Shown here piece after piece: positions 29,475-39,413 of a DNA stretch of 64,000 nucleotides (positions within the stretch are counted from its first letter, which is position 1; each line of letters begins with the position of its first letter). Source of the DNA: an uncultured Chloroflexia bacterium (lineage in GTDB: Bacteria; Chloroflexota; Limnocylindria; Limnocylindrales; CSP1-4); NCBI GenBank assembly GCA_963835845.1, contig CAWIGT010000006.1:342123-406122 (forward strand), read 5' to 3'. Both the position numbers and the translations under genes were made by a program. The notes under the pieces were generated by a model. It was given only the letters and a program-made list of their open reading frames with translations, was not told the DNA's origin and did no database searches.

Positions 29475-30986
29475 GTGCTCGGGCGGGGGCTGCCCGGCGG
29501 CGGCCGCTCCGCTACCATCCATTCAGTGAGTCGCCCTAAGCTCGCCGTTCACGGCCACTTCTACCAGCCGGAACGCCGCGACCCGTTCAGCGGCGTGATC
29601 GCGCGCCAGCCGGCCGCGGCGCCGTATCGCGACTGGAACGCCCGGATCGACGCCGAGTGCTACAAGCCCAACGCCGAGCGCGGCAATCTAGTGCACGTCT
29701 CCTACGATCTGGGCCCTACCCTGGCCACCTGGCTGGCGGAGCACGACGCGCCGACCCACAGACGCTTCGTGGAATCGGACATCGGGCCGAACGTGGACGC
29801 GCCGGATGCCGGGAACGCGATGGCCCAGGCGTATCACCACGCGATCCTGCCGCTGGCCTCGCTCGCCGACCGGCGGACCGAGATCCGCTGGGGTCTGCGC
29901 GATTTCGAACTGCGCTTCGATCGACGACCGACCGGCGTATGGCTGCCCGAGACGGCCGTCGACCTGCCGACTTTGAGAATCCTCGCCGACGAGGGCGTCC
30001 ACTACACGATCCTCGCGCCGTGGCAGGCCGCGGACTCGCGACTGGACACTCGCCGGCCGTATCGGGTCGACCTGGGCAACCGCAAGTCCATCGTCGTCGT
30101 CTTCTACGACGCGGCGCTATCGGCTTCGGCCTCGTTCGAGTCGGACGCGACGATGAACGCCGACTCATTCGCGAGGGAACGCATCCTGCCGCGCCTTACG
30201 GGTCCGGGTTTCGCTGACGGAACGCCGCGACTTGCGGTCATCGCCACCGACGGTGAGCTGTACGGACACCACCAGAAGTTCCGCGACCTGTTCCTGGCGC
30301 GTCTCGTCAACCCCGGTCCGGACGTGCCCGACCGTGGCTTCGACGTCACGACCGTCGGCAGGGTCGTCGGTGCCGTGCCGGCGAGCGCCTTCCCGCCGAC
30401 GCAGATCGCCGAGCGGACTTCCTGGAGCTGCCATCACGGCGTCCTGCGCTGGTACGGCGAATGCCCCGATGCGTCCGATGGCCGCTGGAAGGGACCGCTG
30501 CGCGTCGCCCTCGAGCGACTGGCCACCGCGATCGACACGGTGGCCGGAGGACTCGCCGCCGATTTCATGGAGCCGGCCGCAATCTGGCAAGCCCGTGACC
30601 AGTACGTGGACGTCGTGGTCGGAGCGGAGACGGCCGCGAGCTTCGCACGGCGCTGCCTGCCCCTGGCCACCGATGCGCAGCGCGAGGGCTTCCTCTCCCT
30701 GCTGGAGGCCGAGCGCTGGCGCCTGGCGATGTTCGCCAGCGACGGCTGGTTCTGGGGCGATCCGGTTCGGCCCGAAACGAAGCAGGTCCTGATGTGCGCG
30801 GCCCGAGCGGCCCGGATCATCGACGAGTCGGCGGGGACCGACCTCGAAGGCCGTCTGCTGGACGATCTGTCGCTCTTCACTTCCCCATCGCGCCGGATCG
30901 ACGGCGCCGGCATCTATGCCGAAGCGCTCGAGGAGGCCGGCCAGCCGACCGCCGGTTCGCGCCCGAAGACGGCCTCGGCTCGGTAA
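29475..30986 (+). CDS. glycoside hydrolase family 57 protein (DUF3536-type, branching-enzyme-like)
   Basis: Intact 503 aa. LAVHGHFYQPER N-terminal catalytic block and GH57 central motifs (LWLPE, DGELYGHH). Confidence 0.75.
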   Translation: MLGRGLPGGGRSATIHSVSRPKLAVHGHFYQPERRDPFSGVIARQPAAAPYRDWNARIDAECYKPNAERGNLVHVSYDLGPTLATWLAEHDAPTHRRFVESDIGPNVDAPDAGNAMAQAYHHAILPLASLADRRTEIRWGLRDFELRFDRRPTGVWLPETAVDLPTLRILADEGVHYTILAPWQAADSRLDTRRPYRVDLGNRKSIVVVFYDAALSASASFESDATMNADSFARERILPRLTGPGFADGTPRLAVIATDGELYGHHQKFRDLFLARLVNPGPDVPDRGFDVTTVGRVVGAVPASAFPPTQIAERTSWSCHHGVLRWYGECPDASDGRWKGPLRVALERLATAIDTVAGGLAADFMEPAAIWQARDQYVDVVVGAETAASFARRCLPLATDAQREGFLSLLEAERWRLAMFASDGWFWGDPVRPETKQVLMCAARAARIIDESAGTDLEGRLLDDLSLFTSPSRRIDGAGIYAEALEEAGQPTAGSRPKTASAR

Positions 30987-31097
30987 TCGCCCTGTCCCGG
31001 GCAGTCGACGCCGGGCGCGGCCCTGATAGACTCGCCCGGACCGGCCCACGCCCATCGTTCTGGGCCGCCGGTCCGCTGACAGGCCTGGAGCGCAACC

Positions 31098-34000
31098 GTG
31101 GCATTCGAGTTCCACATCTCGAAGGCGGCCCGCGTCCGCTACGACTTCGATCGTGCGCTTTTCCAGACCACGGGCAACGTAATCATTCCGGACTTCCCTT
31201 CGGCCAGGGCCTTTGCCAAGCGTATGAACGACCGCGCCGACAAGGTGCGATATCCCGACCGAGTGGTTCACGCGGCCGAACTCAACGCGATGGGCTTGAT
31301 CGACGAGATCTCCCATCACGCGGTCGAGATCTACCGCCGGACCGTGAATCCCAATGTCATGTCGGACGCGGTCACGGCCCTAGTCGATCGCGTCCAGCCG
31401 GACGTGCTCGACCACGCCCTGGCGCTCTTCGTCGAGGAGTTCCCGCCTCTGGCGGTGATGCGCGACGGCCAGGACCCCGTGGTGTACCTGGCCGGAGAGA
31501 CCGAAGGCCACCCCAACCGCGAGATCGCTCTCGAAGAGCTGCTGATGCTGTGGCTGGCCAACGTAAACCCGGCCTTCGCCACCTTCGACGAGTTGTTCGA
31601 CGACGCGGACCTGGTCGAGCGCTCGGACTACGAGATGCTGATCACGGGCCTGCGCGAGTTCTTCGACGGCCAGCCGTCATTCGGCCCGGAAGGCCTGTCG
31701 CTCATCGCCTTCCTTCGTGCCCCCGCGATCGCCTCGCCTGACTCCCTGGCCGGGCAGTTGCGATACATTCGAACCCGCTGGGGCCTCGTGCTCACGCCCT
31801 TCCTCGACCGGCTGGTCGTCAGCCTCGACGTCCTCCACGAGGAGGAGGTGGCGTTGTGGATGCGCATGCACCCGACGCCCGGACCGGCCGCGGCCGTCGG
31901 CGGCCCCGGCTTGGGCGGCCTGGAGAACGAGTACGAGCGATTCAGCCAGGATCGCGAATGGATGCCGCGCGTCGTGCTCATGGCCAAGACCACGTACGTG
32001 TGGCTCGACCAGCTGTCCAAACGCTACGGCCGCCACATCCACCGCCTCGACGAGATCCCCGACGAAGAACTCGAAGCTCTGGCGCGCCGCGGCTTCACCG
32101 GCCTGTGGCTGATCGGCCTCTGGGAACGCAGCCGGGCGAGCCAGCGGATCAAGCAGTGGCGTGGAAATCCCGAAGCGGCCGCGTCCGCCTACTCGTTGAT
32201 GGACTACCGCATTGCCGACGAATTGGGCGGCGAGGAAGCGTTCCAGCAGCTGCGAGCCAGGTGCTCCGGGCGCGGGATACGCCTCAGTTCGGACATGGTG
32301 CCCAACCACATGGGCATCGATTCGCGCTGGGTCATTGAACATCCGGACTGGTTCCTGTCTCTACCCGACGCGCCGTATCCGGCTTACTCGTTCACCGGCG
32401 GAAATCTGGCTGACGATGAGCGGGTCACGATCCAGATCGAAGATCACTACTGGAACTCGACCGACGCGGCCGTGGTCTTCAAGCGCACCGACACCTGGAG
32501 CGGCGAGGCGCGCTACATCTACCACGGCAACGACGGCACGAGCATGCCGTGGAACGACACGGCCCAGCTGGACTACCTGAACCCCGAGGTCCGCGAGGCG
32601 GTCATCCAGACAATCCTGCACGTCGCCCGCCAGTTCCCGATCATCCGTTTCGACGCCGCCATGACCCTGGCGCGACGCCACATCCAGCGTCTCTGGTTCC
32701 CGGAGCCCGGCCAGGGCGGCGCCATCCCGTCTCGCGCCGAGCACGCCACCACCAGGGCCGTGTTCGACGAGCGGATGCCCAACGAGTTCTGGCGGGAAGT
32801 GGTCGATCGCGTCGCGGCGGAGGTGCCCGACACCCTGCTGCTGGCCGAAGCGTTCTGGCTGCTGGAGGGCTATTTCGTCCGAACGCTCGGCATGCATCGC
32901 GTCTACAACAGCGCCTTCATGAACATGATGCGCGACGAGGAGAACGCCAACTACCGGCAGGTCATCAAGGACACGCTCGAATTCGACCCGGAGGTCCTCA
33001 AGCGCTTCGTCAACTTCATGAGCAACCCCGACGAGCGGACGGCGGTCGACCAGTTCGCCAAGGGCGACAAGTATTTCGGGGTCGCGACGCTCATGGCCAC
33101 GATGCCGGGGCTGCCGATGATCGGGCACGGCCAGGTCGAGGGCTTCGCCGAGAAGTACGGCATGGAGTATCGGAGGGCGTACCGCGACGAGCAGCCGGAC
33201 GGCTGGCTGGTCGAGCGGCACGAGCGCGAGATCTTCCCGCTCTTCCACCGCCGCTATCTCTTCGCCGGCGTGACGGACTTCCTCCTCTACGACGTCTACG
33301 ATCCGGGTGGCTGGGTCAACGAAGACGTCTTTGCCTACTCGAACCGGTTCGGCGACGAGCGCGCTCTGGTCGTCTATCACAATCGATACGCCGAGGCCAA
33401 GGGCTGGATCAAGACGTCGGTGGCGTTTTCCGTGCCGGACGGGGCGGGCGGTCGGAAACAGATCCAGAAGTCGCTGGGCGAGGGATTGGGTCTCCATCCG
33501 GACGGGGACTGGTGGACGCTGCTGCGCGAGCAGCGATCCGGGCTGGAATTCATCCGCCGCTCCTCGGATCTATGCCGGGACGGGCTGTACGTGGAACTGC
33601 ATGCCTACGGCTGCCAGGTATTCATGGACGTGCGCGAAGTCCAGGACGGACCTTCCGGCCAGCTGGCGCGATTGGCGGATCGCCTCGGCGGAGCCGGCGT
33701 ACCGAGCGTCGCGGCCGCGATGCGCGACATGCAGCTCCAGCCGGTCCACGACGCCGTCCGGGGTCTCACCGAAAACGGCTCGCTTCAGCGGCTGGCACGG
33801 GTAGGCGTGGCCCGAGCGGCCGCGGCGTGTCCGGGCGCGGCGGCCGTCGATCTGGGGCTGCGAGGGCCGGAGTCGCCGGCTGGCTCCGCCGCCAGAGGCT
33901 CCGCGCGGGCAGCGAGAGGCGCGGCTGTCGGAACGCCCGTGGCGCCCATCGCCGCGGTCACTCCGCCGGCGCCGGCCGACGCGAGCGAGCCCGAACTGGC

Positions 34001-34697
34001 CGCTCTCCTGGACGACGCCCAGAGCCACGTTCTGCGAGCGCTTCGGGCCGTCGTCGACGTGACCGGAGCCACCGGCGAGGTCGAGGGCGCCGCCGCCACC
34101 TTCCGGGCGAACATGGAGGCGGCGCTGCGCCTGCCTTCGCTGGGCCACGAGTCCCTCTGCGCAGGCCTTCGCGATGAGTGGTCGTGGATCGCCCTCATGG
34201 GCCGGCTCGTCTCGCGAGCGATCGCTTCGGTCGCAGAATCCGGTGAGGACGCGGATTCCTTCCTCGACGAACTACAACTTGGCGCGGTGATTGCGGAAGT
34301 GTTCTGTGACCTCGGGCTGGACGATGCCGCCGCCTGGCGGCTCGTTGCCCTGTTGCGGATGCTGCGTGCCCTGCCGCTGCCGGCTTCCGTGGCCCATCGC
34401 CCCGCGGCCGACCGGGCGCCGGCCCTGGTCCGGGCGCTCGTCGCCGGCGAGTCCATCCGGCCGTACATCCGGGTCAACGTCTGGGAAGGCGTCAACTGGT
34501 TCAACCGCGAGGCGTTCGGCCAGGTCCTCTGGTGGATGCTCGCCCTGGAAGCGCTCGATGCGGTCGCCTATCCCTCCGCGTCCGGGGCGGACGTGGCGAA
34601 GCGCGTGGCCGCGGCGGAGCGGCTGACCACGAAGCTGGCCAGGGCCGCAAAGGCCTGCGGCTACCAGCTCGACAAGCTCGAGGCCGCCGCGGGCTGA
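31098..34697 (+). CDS. large (1199 aa) GH13 alpha-amylase-family enzyme with novel N- and C-terminal extensions
   Basis: GH13 regions I-IV are in order: DMVPNHMG, IIRFDAAMTLARRH, LLAEAFW and FVNFMSNPDE. A ~330-aa N-terminal region and a ~450-aa Ala-rich C-terminal region show no features I recognise. Confidence 0.7.
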   Translation: MAFEFHISKAARVRYDFDRALFQTTGNVIIPDFPSARAFAKRMNDRADKVRYPDRVVHAAELNAMGLIDEISHHAVEIYRRTVNPNVMSDAVTALVDRVQPDVLDHALALFVEEFPPLAVMRDGQDPVVYLAGETEGHPNREIALEELLMLWLANVNPAFATFDELFDDADLVERSDYEMLITGLREFFDGQPSFGPEGLSLIAFLRAPAIASPDSLAGQLRYIRTRWGLVLTPFLDRLVVSLDVLHEEEVALWMRMHPTPGPAAAVGGPGLGGLENEYERFSQDREWMPRVVLMAKTTYVWLDQLSKRYGRHIHRLDEIPDEELEALARRGFTGLWLIGLWERSRASQRIKQWRGNPEAAASAYSLMDYRIADELGGEEAFQQLRARCSGRGIRLSSDMVPNHMGIDSRWVIEHPDWFLSLPDAPYPAYSFTGGNLADDERVTIQIEDHYWNSTDAAVVFKRTDTWSGEARYIYHGNDGTSMPWNDTAQLDYLNPEVREAVIQTILHVARQFPIIRFDAAMTLARRHIQRLWFPEPGQGGAIPSRAEHATTRAVFDERMPNEFWREVVDRVAAEVPDTLLLAEAFWLLEGYFVRTLGMHRVYNSAFMNMMRDEENANYRQVIKDTLEFDPEVLKRFVNFMSNPDERTAVDQFAKGDKYFGVATLMATMPGLPMIGHGQVEGFAEKYGMEYRRAYRDEQPDGWLVERHEREIFPLFHRRYLFAGVTDFLLYDVYDPGGWVNEDVFAYSNRFGDERALVVYHNRYAEAKGWIKTSVAFSVPDGAGGRKQIQKSLGEGLGLHPDGDWWTLLREQRSGLEFIRRSSDLCRDGLYVELHAYGCQVFMDVREVQDGPSGQLARLADRLGGAGVPSVAAAMRDMQLQPVHDAVRGLTENGSLQRLARVGVARAAAACPGAAAVDLGLRGPESPAGSAARGSARAARGAAVGTPVAPIAAVTPPAPADASEPELAALLDDAQSHVLRALRAVVDVTGATGEVEGAAATFRANMEAALRLPSLGHESLCAGLRDEWSWIALMGRLVSRAIASVAESGEDADSFLDELQLGAVIAEVFCDLGLDDAAAWRLVALLRMLRALPLPASVAHRPAADRAPALVRALVAGESIRPYIRVNVWEGVNWFNREAFGQVLWWMLALEALDAVAYPSASGADVAKRVAAAERLTTKLARAAKACGYQLDKLEAAAG

Positions 34698-34791
34698 CCG
34701 CTGCCGCTCCCCGCCGAACCGGCTCCTCCATGAAGTAGCCGGTCACGTCGGAGATGACGTGCGCCGCCGGGCCGATTGTCCGGCCGGCGTA

Positions 34792-35490
34792 TCAGGCCGT
34801 AGGTGCCGCCGGCCGCTCCCGGGTCTCCGCCGGGGCATCGTCCAGCGATGCCGCCGGGTAGCGCGGCCGCAGGGCCGATGCCGCCAACCGGGCCACTTCC
34901 AGGTGGACCTGGGCCGCCGACTGCGTGCCATCGACGACCATCACCTCTTCGCCACCCTCGCGGAGAGCCGCGATCGCGGCGTCATACCGCTCGGCGATGC
35001 GGGCCAGCTGCGTCCGGTCCTCCTCGAACCTCTCCCGCGTCGCCCGGCCGCCAAAGCGAGCCATCCCCTCGTCCACGGGAACCGAGAGGAACACCGTCAA
35101 GTCCGGCCGCAGTGCGAAGCGGTTGATCTCGCGCAGCCAGGCCAGGTCGCACGCCAGTGCCTGGTAGGCGAGGCTGGACAAGTAGTAGCGATCGGACACG
35201 ACCGTGGTCCCGCTGGCCAGCGCCGGCACGAGCTCCGACGCGACGTGATCCATCCTGTCGGCGGCGAAAGCCAGAGCTTCCGCTTCGGGGCCGCCGAGTT
35301 CGAGGTGTCGGCCGAGGTGGCGACGAAGAACGGTGCCGATCGGCCCTTTCGAAGGCTCTGCTGAAGGAGCGGCCGGAATGCCGACGCGCCCAAGCCACTG
35401 CAGCAGCAACTCCGACTGCGTCGTGGTTCCGGAACCGTCGATCCCCTCGAGGACGATCAGTGCGCCCGGATGCGCGTTGGCTGGATTCAC
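34792..35490 (-). CDS. tmk: thymidylate kinase
   Basis: P-loop LIVLEGIDGSGTTTQ, DRY motif (SDRYYLSS) and lid region. 232 aa. Confidence 0.85.
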   Translation of the reverse strand: MNPANAHPGALIVLEGIDGSGTTTQSELLLQWLGRVGIPAAPSAEPSKGPIGTVLRRHLGRHLELGGPEAEALAFAADRMDHVASELVPALASGTTVVSDRYYLSSLAYQALACDLAWLREINRFALRPDLTVFLSVPVDEGMARFGGRATRERFEEDRTQLARIAERYDAAIAALREGGEEVMVVDGTQSAAQVHLEVARLAASALRPRYPAASLDDAPAETRERPAAPTA

Positions 35491-35698
35491 GGCCAGATTG
35501 TCGCAGCCCCACAGGCGGCTGTCGCACGGTCCCCGTCAACACGCGTCACCGGATCGTCGTGCGGACGCCAGCTCGCGCCAAACCGCGAAGACCCCGTGAA
35601 TTCGAAACTATCGACCGCCGGCTGTCGATCCTGGCGGAACCAGTTCGTATAGCAGGTGAAAGCCCGGCAAGATGCCGGCGTAGACAGGAGAAGTTCGG

Positions 35699-36052
35699 AT
35701 GAAGCAGTACCTGCTCAGCGTTTACCACCCCGAAGATCAGGCACTGGCGCCTCCGGACATGGACAAGGTCCGGGCCGACGTGGACGCCCTCAACGTCGAG
35801 ATGCGGGCCGCCGGAGCGTGGGTCTTTGCCGGGGGGCTGTTCCCGTCGACGACGGCCACCGTCGTCAGGGTCGAGGGGGCCGACGTTCTCACGATCGACG
35901 GTCCCTTCGTCGAAGGCAAAGAACACGTGGGCGGGTTCTGGGTGATCAAGGCCCCGGACCTGGACGCGGCGCTCGATTGGGCCCGAAAGGCGGCCAGGGC
36001 TTGCCAGGTCCCGATCGAAGTCCGTCCGTTCCAGGACGAACCCGAGGACTGA
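35699..36052 (+). CDS. YciI-like / DGPF-domain protein
   Basis: 117 aa with a DGPF motif (TIDGPF) and the dimeric alpha+beta barrel pattern. Its stop overlaps the sigma start (TGATG). Confidence 0.7.
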   Translation: MKQYLLSVYHPEDQALAPPDMDKVRADVDALNVEMRAAGAWVFAGGLFPSTTATVVRVEGADVLTIDGPFVEGKEHVGGFWVIKAPDLDAALDWARKAARACQVPIEVRPFQDEPED

Positions 36053-37278
36053 TGGCCGGTCCGCAGGCGCCCGCAAACCTGGACATCGACCGTGTCTTCC
36101 GGCAGGAGTACGGCCGGGCGGTGGCCGTCCTGGTCCGTCTCTGTGGTGACATCGATGTCGCCGAGGAGGCGGTCCAGGACGCGTTCACGACCGCGGTCCA
36201 GAAATGGCCGATCACCGGCCCGCCACCAAGTCCAGCCGGCTGGATCATCACGACGGCTCGCAACCGCGCCATCGACCGGCTTCGGCGTGAAGCGTCTCGT
36301 GAAGACCGGCACGAGCAGGCGGCGCTGTTGCACTCCCGCGAGGAGCCTATCGAGGAGGGTGCCGTGCACGACGATCGGCTGCGGCTGATCTTCACGTGCT
36401 GCCACCCCGCCCTGTCGCCCGGCGCTCAGGTTGCGCTGACGCTCCGACTGCTGGGCGGCCTCACAACCGACGAGATCGCCCGAGCGTTCCTGGTGCCGGA
36501 GCCGACCATGGCTCAGCGAATCGTCAGGGCCAAGGCCAAGATCCGCGACGCCGGCATCCCCTATCGCGTCCCGGACGAAGCGGACCTTCCGGCGCGTCTC
36601 CGTTCCGTTCTGGCCGTGATTTACCTCGTCTTCAACGAGGGCTACGCCGCCAGTTCAGGGGACCGGCTGGTTCGAGACGACCTGTGCGCCGAGGCAGTGC
36701 GTCTGGGGCGGCTGGTGGCCGAGCTCATGCCCGACGAGGCCGAAGCCCTGGGGCTGCTGGCTCTGATGCTGCTGACCGAATCTCGACGCGTCAGTCGCAC
36801 GACCGCGGACGGCGACCTGGTGCTGCTGGCAGACCAGGATCGCGGCCGATGGGATCGTTCGCTGATCGCCGAGGGCCAGGCCATCGTCCGCCAGTGCCTG
36901 CGACGCAATCAGCCCGGCCCTTACCAGATCGAGGCCGCAATCAACGCGGTCCACAGCGACGCGCCGACCGCGGCCGACACCGACTGGCGGCAGATCCTGC
37001 AGTTGTACGACCAGCTCGAGGCAGTGGCGCCGAGCCCTGTGGTAGCCCTCAATCGCGCGGTCGCGCTGGCCGAAGTCGACGGGCCGGAGCCGGCGCTCGC
37101 CCTGGTCGACGACCTGGGCCTCGGCGGCTTCTACCTTTTCCACGCCATCCGCGCCGACCTTCTCCGGCGCCTCGGCCGCGACCCGGAGGCGGCCGCGGCA
37201 TACGAGGCTGCGATCGCCCGAACCGAAAACGTCGCGGAACGAGCGTTTCTGGAGCGCCGCCGACGGCTCGTGGCCTGA
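36052..37278 (+). CDS. ECF sigma factor with C-terminal TPR-like extension (ECF42-like)
   Basis: Sigma-70 region 2 (PAGWIITTARNRAIDRLRRE) and region 4 (LTTDEIARAFLVPEPTMAQRIVRAKAKIR), then ~200 aa of helical repeats. DGPF-linked ECF42 architecture, from recalled literature. Confidence 0.7.
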   Translation: MAGPQAPANLDIDRVFRQEYGRAVAVLVRLCGDIDVAEEAVQDAFTTAVQKWPITGPPPSPAGWIITTARNRAIDRLRREASREDRHEQAALLHSREEPIEEGAVHDDRLRLIFTCCHPALSPGAQVALTLRLLGGLTTDEIARAFLVPEPTMAQRIVRAKAKIRDAGIPYRVPDEADLPARLRSVLAVIYLVFNEGYAASSGDRLVRDDLCAEAVRLGRLVAELMPDEAEALGLLALMLLTESRRVSRTTADGDLVLLADQDRGRWDRSLIAEGQAIVRQCLRRNQPGPYQIEAAINAVHSDAPTAADTDWRQILQLYDQLEAVAPSPVVALNRAVALAEVDGPEPALALVDDLGLGGFYLFHAIRADLLRRLGRDPEAAAAYEAAIARTENVAERAFLERRRRLVA

Positions 37279-37279
37279 G

Positions 37280-39064
37280 CTACTCTCCGAGCAGGACCCG
37301 CCGGATCAGCGGAATCGGCGGCGAGCCGTGGGCGATTACCGACTCGAGATGCTCCCTGTAGGAGAAGCCCGGCGTGTCGCCGAGCCCACCCACTACGCGC
37401 GGCACGGGCACGGCCGCGGCACCGCGTGGATCGCCCGAAGCCACGGCCGCCCGCACTCGCCGCTCCCTCTCGAGGTTCCACATTTCCATCGACCCGACGA
37501 AGTACGTCGATAGCTGGGTCGACGTCAGGCGGGCGCGATCCCACTTCTTGCGCGCCTCGGACTCCTCCTGGAAACCGCCATTGACCATCAGGTCCATGGC
37601 CATCTGTTCAGTCATGGAGTTGGAGTGGATCCCGATGTCGATCATGGCGTTGGTGATGGCGCGCAGGTAGAACTTCCAGTGGATCAGCAACAGCGCCGGA
37701 TCGTCGGCGTGGAAGCCCAGATCGATCATGACCTGGGTCACGTATACGGCCCAGCCCTCGATGAAGACGCCGCTGCCGAAGACGGCCCGCGCCAGCGATG
37801 GATACCGATTCGAGTACACGAGCTGGAGGTAGTGGCCGGGAGTGCCCTCGTGGATCGTAGTCAGGTCGATCTGGCGGTCGTTCTCCTCGGCCAGGTAAGA
37901 CTCGACCTGTTCGGACGTCCAGTCGTCCGGCGGCGGTGTCATGAAGTAGAACGATCGCTGGCCCTTGTCCAGCGGGCCCGGCGAATCGAGCATGGCGCCG
38001 GCGAACTCCCGCAGGAACGGCGGCGTCCATTCGATGTCGAGTGGTTCGTCCGGCACGGTAATGACGTCGTGGCTGCGACAGAACTCGACGATCCCGCGAT
38101 AGCTCTCGCGGCAATAGTCGACCAGTTCGGACGCGGGGTGGTGGTCCCGGCCGATGGCGGCGATGACGTTGGCGACGGCCCGGGCGTCCGCGGCCTCCTG
38201 TCCGCCGTCACTCGCGGCTGTGGGCGGCGGCTCGCTCGGCACCCACTGACTCCAGATCTGGCGCGCGATCCTGATCATCTCGGCCCGAACGGCGTCGTAC
38301 TCCACGCGGGCCTGAGCCATGATCTGGTCCGGCGTGATGTCCGACCGGAAGGTGTGACGCAGCTTGCGGGCGTAGAGGTCGGCGCCGAGCCGTCCCTCCC
38401 CCAGAGACCGGGGCAGCAGGTCCCGGCCAAGCCACGCCTCGAAGCTCTCGATGGCTCCGCGAGCCACAGCGGCGGCGGCGCGCAAACGAGGCAACAACTC
38501 GGCCACTCCGGGCTCGGTCGCGGCCGCATCGGCCTGGATCACGGCGTCCTCGGCCAGCGCCACGATCCCGGGCAACTGCTTGATGGCCATCTCGGTGTGC
38601 AGCTGCGACGGCGGGCGCGCCGGCATCGCGCCCAACTCGGTTCTGGCGGCGGCAAGGACGGTGGGCACTCCCTCGAGGCGCGACGCCACGGATCCGAGCC
38701 GGGCGGCGAGGGGAGCGAAGTCGCGCGCCAGCAGCGGGAATATGCCGCCGCCCAGCAGGTAGACGTAGCCGAGAGAGTCCCAGGCGGCTTCACGCAACTC
38801 GGCCTCGTCGAAACGCAACGCCGCCAGTTCGGAGCGCAGCAGGTCGCGGTCGACACGCTCGTCCGGGGTAAGCATTGCGTCGGCGAAGGCGCGCAGCTCT
38901 GCCTCCCAGCGATCGACGAAGTCCAGGCGGGCCAGGCGGCCGGCCTCGGTCAGGTCGGGCCACTCGCCGTCGTACGCATGCATGCCGATGGCCGTCGCGG
39001 CCACGGGAAACAGTCGGAAGAACTCGCCCAGGAATCCGTCCACACGATCGCCGAACTGCGACAT
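37280..39064 (-). CDS. DUF885-family protein (putative metallopeptidase-like)
   Basis: ATG verified at 39062-39064 (MSQFGDRV). 594 aa with an HEGTPGHY motif. Family assignment from memory. Confidence 0.55.
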   Translation of the reverse strand: MSQFGDRVDGFLGEFFRLFPVAATAIGMHAYDGEWPDLTEAGRLARLDFVDRWEAELRAFADAMLTPDERVDRDLLRSELAALRFDEAELREAAWDSLGYVYLLGGGIFPLLARDFAPLAARLGSVASRLEGVPTVLAAARTELGAMPARPPSQLHTEMAIKQLPGIVALAEDAVIQADAAATEPGVAELLPRLRAAAAVARGAIESFEAWLGRDLLPRSLGEGRLGADLYARKLRHTFRSDITPDQIMAQARVEYDAVRAEMIRIARQIWSQWVPSEPPPTAASDGGQEAADARAVANVIAAIGRDHHPASELVDYCRESYRGIVEFCRSHDVITVPDEPLDIEWTPPFLREFAGAMLDSPGPLDKGQRSFYFMTPPPDDWTSEQVESYLAEENDRQIDLTTIHEGTPGHYLQLVYSNRYPSLARAVFGSGVFIEGWAVYVTQVMIDLGFHADDPALLLIHWKFYLRAITNAMIDIGIHSNSMTEQMAMDLMVNGGFQEESEARKKWDRARLTSTQLSTYFVGSMEMWNLERERRVRAAVASGDPRGAAAVPVPRVVGGLGDTPGFSYREHLESVIAHGSPPIPLIRRVLLGE

Positions 39065-39334
39065 CGTTCCACCTTCATTGCGAATGGATCGAGTGTAGCC
39101 GGACCCCGGGTCGAGCCCCGAGACCGGACGCCGGCGCGAAGCTCGACCGGCCGACCGATCGACCAGAACGCCCGGCCGCCGACCCACTACTCCCGGCCGG
39201 GCGCCTCGCGTCGGCCGGAAGCCGGATCGACACCACGGGCGGCCTCCGACCGCGTGTCCGACGGCACCGGGCCGGTCTGCCCGGAGTCCCGCCTGACTGC
39301 TCGAACCGGTGGCTTATCCCTACCCCATCAAGGT

Positions 39335-39405
39335 GTGTGCAGGGTCGGTTTTAATAAGTACCTTAGTACTGTTTAGCGCGGAGCGCGGCAACTCGTGGAC
39401 AAGGA
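39335..39405 (+). promoter_or_regulatory. AT-rich promoter-like island upstream of the secreted repeat protein gene
   Basis: In the ~60 bp before the start codon, ggttttaataagtaccttagtactgtttagc contrasts sharply with 70% GC flanks. It contains an AGTAC-N4-GTACT inverted element. A GGAGAGG site precedes the ATG at 39414. Confidence 0.25.
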
Positions 39406-39413
39406 GAGGCACG

